Source of the DNA: an uncultured Chloroflexia bacterium | Lineage (GTDB): Bacteria > Chloroflexota > Anaerolineae > B4-G1 > SLSP01 | Reading direction: 5' to 3' | Assembly: GCA_963751345.1 (NCBI GenBank) | Contig: CAVVUS010000030.1 | Location: 192,001-256,000 of the forward strand | DNA length: 64,000 nucleotides | Shown here: piece by piece, positions 60,877-64,000 of the stretch | How the letters are laid out: every line of letters begins with the position of its first letter | How positions within the stretch are numbered: position 1 is the first letter of the stretch | The notes under the pieces: generated by a model | The model's input: the letters and a program-made list of their open reading frames with translations, nothing else | The model's database searches: none | Told to the model about the DNA's origin: nothing | Position numbers and translations under genes: made by a program

Positions 60877-61727
60877 CCGTCATCTTCGATTCGTACGTGC
60901 CCGGCACATCGCTGCTCCACCGCATGGACCCCCGCGTCAAACTCTGGGGCGCGCTGCTCGGACTGATCGGAGTCTTTCTGCTGCCCAACCTGTGGGCCCG
61001 GGGGCTCTTCCTGATCGGCATCCACCTTGTCCTGCTGACGTCCGGGGTGTCGTGGCGTGTGCTCGGCCGGCTCTGGCGCCAGATGGCGATTCTGATTATT
61101 CTCATTCTGCTGCTCCAGCCCTTCCTGCAGCCCGCGGGCCATCTCATCCTGGCCGTCGGCCCGCTGCGCTTGACGGTGGGGGGCGTGCTCGAAGCACTAG
61201 GCCTGATTGTGCGCGCGATGGGGATCGCCTTTATCATCGGTGCACTGCTCTTCACCACCGCGCAGCCCGCCCTCCTGCGAGCGCTCGTCCGTTTGGGGCT
61301 GCCGTACACGTGGGGGCTCACCATCAGCCTCGCCCTGAGGTTTCTTCCGGCAATACAGGATCTCTTTCGTGCTGTGCGGGATGCTCAGGCGGCGCGGGGG
61401 TGGGTAGCCAAGGGGAACCTGGTCAGGCGCTTCCGGGAGTACATTCCCGTGCTGGTCGCGGTGCTGATCGGAACGCTGCGGATGAGCGACCAGCTTACGC
61501 TGGCCCTGGCAGCGCGGGGGCTGGAGACCATGGGGCAGCGCACTGCCTGGCACGAGCTCCGTATGAGGGCATCCGACTGGATCTTTGCTGCCGTCATTCA
61601 CCGTTGGAACGGCGGCCTTCGCGTGGTGGCGACTTGGGCTATGAGTGCCGAGGCATGCCATCCTGCCACGAATTGCCGTTCCAGGCGCCAGGCACCTCTA
61701 CGCGCAGCGAGGATTGCTCGACCATGA
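60873..61727 (+). CDS. ECF transporter T component (3' end probably frameshifted near 61600)
   Basis: 'LHRMDPRVKL', 'ALRFLP', 'AQAARG', 'ALAARG'. Confidence 0.88.
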   Translation: MTVIFDSYVPGTSLLHRMDPRVKLWGALLGLIGVFLLPNLWARGLFLIGIHLVLLTSGVSWRVLGRLWRQMAILIILILLLQPFLQPAGHLILAVGPLRLTVGGVLEALGLIVRAMGIAFIIGALLFTTAQPALLRALVRLGLPYTWGLTISLALRFLPAIQDLFRAVRDAQAARGWVAKGNLVRRFREYIPVLVAVLIGTLRMSDQLTLALAARGLETMGQRTAWHELRMRASDWIFAAVIHRWNGGLRVVATWAMSAEACHPATNCRSRRQAPLRAARIARP

Positions 61728-61782
61728 TGATGTGCTATACTGCTGCGCAGGCGGAAGCACATAGGCAAGCGACCGTCATCCT

Positions 61783-62736
61783 ATGACGTACAAGACAACC
61801 CTGATCTACAATCCTACGGCCGGCCCCTGGGATATGGCACGCCCCCTCAAACGCCTCGCGACCTACCTGGGCAAGAATGGGTGGCAGATCGAGCTGGCCC
61901 AGACCGAGCAGCCGGGAGACGCCGCACGCCATGCTCGCGACGCTGCCGATGGCGGGGCCGACCTCGTGCTCATCGCCGGGGGCGATGGCACGATCAACGA
62001 AGCGGCCAACGGGTTGAGCGACAGCGACACCACCCTGGGTATCGTTCCCGTTGGCACCGGCAATATCCTGGCCCACCAATTGCGGATGCCCGTCCTCCCG
62101 GTGGTTGCCCCGTTGGTCAAGGACGTCGGCGACGCCCTCCTCAGGAGCCGCGTTCAGCGAGTCGACATGGGCGTCATCAACGAGCGCCGTTTCGTCTGCT
62201 GGGCCGGGCTCGGGTTGGATGCCGAGATCGCAGCCCAGATGGAGCCGCGCCCCCGACATATGAAGCGCTTGCGCACGCTGCCTTACATCATCACAGGGTT
62301 CGCGGTGGCGTCCGAGTACCGCGGCGTGCGGTCGCACTTCCTCATTGAGGATCGTACGTTTCGTACCCGAACCCTGTTAGCCGTCGTGAGCAACATCCAG
62401 CTCTACGCGGCCTTCTTTCAGATTGCGCCTCACGCACGGATGGACGACGGGCTGCTGGATATCTTCGTTTTCAAAGGACTGGGGTTCTCCTATGCCCTGA
62501 GGTTCGCGATGCAATCCATCACCGGGCGCCATCTCGACAGTCCCCACGTGATGCACGCGCTGGCCAGCAGGATGGAGGTCGAGACGACGCCCCACGTCGC
62601 CGTTCACCTGGATGGAGATCCCTACGGATGCACACCCGCCACATTCGGGATACATCCGCTTTCACTGCGCCTCCTGGTGCCACCGCATGCCCCCGAGAGC
62701 CTTTTCAGCCGGCCACCTGAGAGGCCGTCACGGTAA
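61783..62736 (+). CDS. Diacylglycerol/lipid kinase family protein
   Basis: 'NPTAG', 'GGDGTINE', 'PVGTGN', 'DDGLLD', 'LDGD'. Confidence 0.92.
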   Translation: MTYKTTLIYNPTAGPWDMARPLKRLATYLGKNGWQIELAQTEQPGDAARHARDAADGGADLVLIAGGDGTINEAANGLSDSDTTLGIVPVGTGNILAHQLRMPVLPVVAPLVKDVGDALLRSRVQRVDMGVINERRFVCWAGLGLDAEIAAQMEPRPRHMKRLRTLPYIITGFAVASEYRGVRSHFLIEDRTFRTRTLLAVVSNIQLYAAFFQIAPHARMDDGLLDIFVFKGLGFSYALRFAMQSITGRHLDSPHVMHALASRMEVETTPHVAVHLDGDPYGCTPATFGIHPLSLRLLVPPHAPESLFSRPPERPSR

Positions 62737-62759
62737 CCGGAGCTTCGGATCCCTACGAG

Positions 62760-63556
62760 ATGATTGACACGCATACACACAGCCACCACTCGCCCGATGG
62801 ACACGCGGATATGGCCGCAATGGTGGCGTCCGCCCAAGCCCTGGGACTGACCGGCATCACCTTCACCGATCACGGTGAGTGGACTCCCGGCGACAATGCG
62901 GTCGGGTTCCTCGACCTGGACCGGTACTTTGCCGAGATAGCCGAGGTGCGCGACCGGTTCGCGGGCACGATGGCCGTGCTCTCAGGCGTGGAACTCGGCA
63001 ACCCGCACGATTATCCGGAGGAGGCCGCCGCGATGCTGGCGGGGTACCCCTTCGACCTCGTCATCGGCTCGGTCCATTGGCTCGACGGCCAGCCGGGCTG
63101 GAGCCGCCGTTCTTTGCCCAAGGGCTGGACGCCGGCTATCGCCGCTACTTCGAGGAGGTCGTCCGGATGGTCGAGGTGGCCGACTTCGACGTGCTGGGGC
63201 ACCTGGACCTCGTGCGCCGCGACTCGTGGGAGCTCTTCCACGAAGGTGCTGACATTGGATCCCTATCGCGATCTCATCGAGCAGGTACTGCGTAACCTGA
63301 TCGAGACCGGGAGAGGTATGGAGGTCAACACCTCCGGGCTGCGTAAGGGCCTGCCGGAGCCGGTACCCGGGGCGCCAGATCCTGCAGTGGTACCGGGCGC
63401 TTGGGAGGCGAGATCCTCGTTTTGGGCTCCGATGGCCATCGCCCGGAGCACGTGGGCTATGGCTTCGACACCGCGCGCGACCTGGCACGGGCAGCCGGTT
63501 TCGAGCGCGTAGCACGCTACCGGGAACGTCAGATCGTTGACTGGATCGCGCTGTAG
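62760..63556 (+). CDS. Histidinol-phosphatase HisJ/HisK PHP family (several frameshifts)
   Basis: 'DTHTHS', 'FTDH', 'IGSVH', 'LGHLD', 'EVNTSG', 'GSDGH' across frames. Confidence 0.85.
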
Positions 63557-63589
63557 AGAAAGACCCAGACTGTCGTAAGACAGGAGATT

Positions 63590-64000
63590 ATGAACACCGA
63601 ACCCTTGATGACCATCATCATCCCTGCGTACAACGAGGCGCACCGGCTGCCGGAGACGTTGGAGCGCGTGTTGACCTTCGTGGGCTCTCGATCTGAGAGC
63701 CTGGATGTCATCGTCGTGAATAACAACAGTCGCGACGCCACAGGCGAGGTCGCCCGAGAGTTCGCCGCGAAAAGCCCTGTCCTGCAGGTCCTCGACCAGC
63801 CCATCCAGGGCAAAGGGGCTGCGGTGCGCAAGGGCATCCTGGCGGCAACCGGCGCCTACGCCTTCATCTGCGATGCGGATCTGGCGATGCCGATCGAGGA
63901 ATTGCCGCGCTTCTTTCCCGAGACGTTGGGGACCACGTATGACATTGCCATCGGCTCGCGGGAAGTGCCGGGCTCCCGGCGCTACAACGAGCCGGCATAC
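63590..64000 (+). CDS. GT2 glycosyltransferase (polyprenol-phosphate glycosyltransferase-like), runs off the window
   Basis: 'IIIPAYNE', 'GKGAAVRKG', 'DADL', 'AIGSR'. Confidence 0.9.
   Translation, partial: MNTEPLMTIIIPAYNEAHRLPETLERVLTFVGSRSESLDVIVVNNNSRDATGEVAREFAAKSPVLQVLDQPIQGKGAAVRKGILAATGAYAFICDADLAMPIEELPRFFPETLGTTYDIAIGSREVPGSRRYNEPAY

Overview
GC-rich bacterial chromosomal window. Gene content and motifs (PTPT-linker lipoproteins, a C-terminal 'YLPL..R' tail, GAAC-N4-GTTC-type boxes, RF1 sequence) suggest Chloroflexota/Anaerolineae; this is an inference. Housekeeping genes are rpsT, proC, dnaE, sufCBD, trpS behind a Trp T-box, trpB2, prfA, rarA, upp, scpA and six tRNAs. About 20 genes are split by single indels, which most likely reflects unpolished long-read error rather than biology. 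Accessory features: (i) a reductive-dehalogenase homologue with N-terminal membrane helices next to a tryptophan/indole salvage cluster (TrpP-type ECF transporter, T-box-trpS, TrpB2); (ii) a ~17 kb block between prfA and tRNA-Ile2/Gly with two AbiEi/AbiEii pairs bracketing a protease-MoxR-DUF58-vWA-vWA operon and two glycoside-hydrolase-like genes, plus an Rhs remnant; (iii) at least five unrelated REP/MITE-like palindromic elements, several accompanied by the octamer AGTCTGCT; (iv) an 80-bp-period hairpin repeat behind a LexA-box-like promoter upstream of rarA. I saw no cas genes, integrase, transposase or reverse transcriptase. No single finding is proven to be a new system; the best candidates are the pre-rarA repeat locus, the RdhA/Trp-salvage juxtaposition and the nested palindromic elements.
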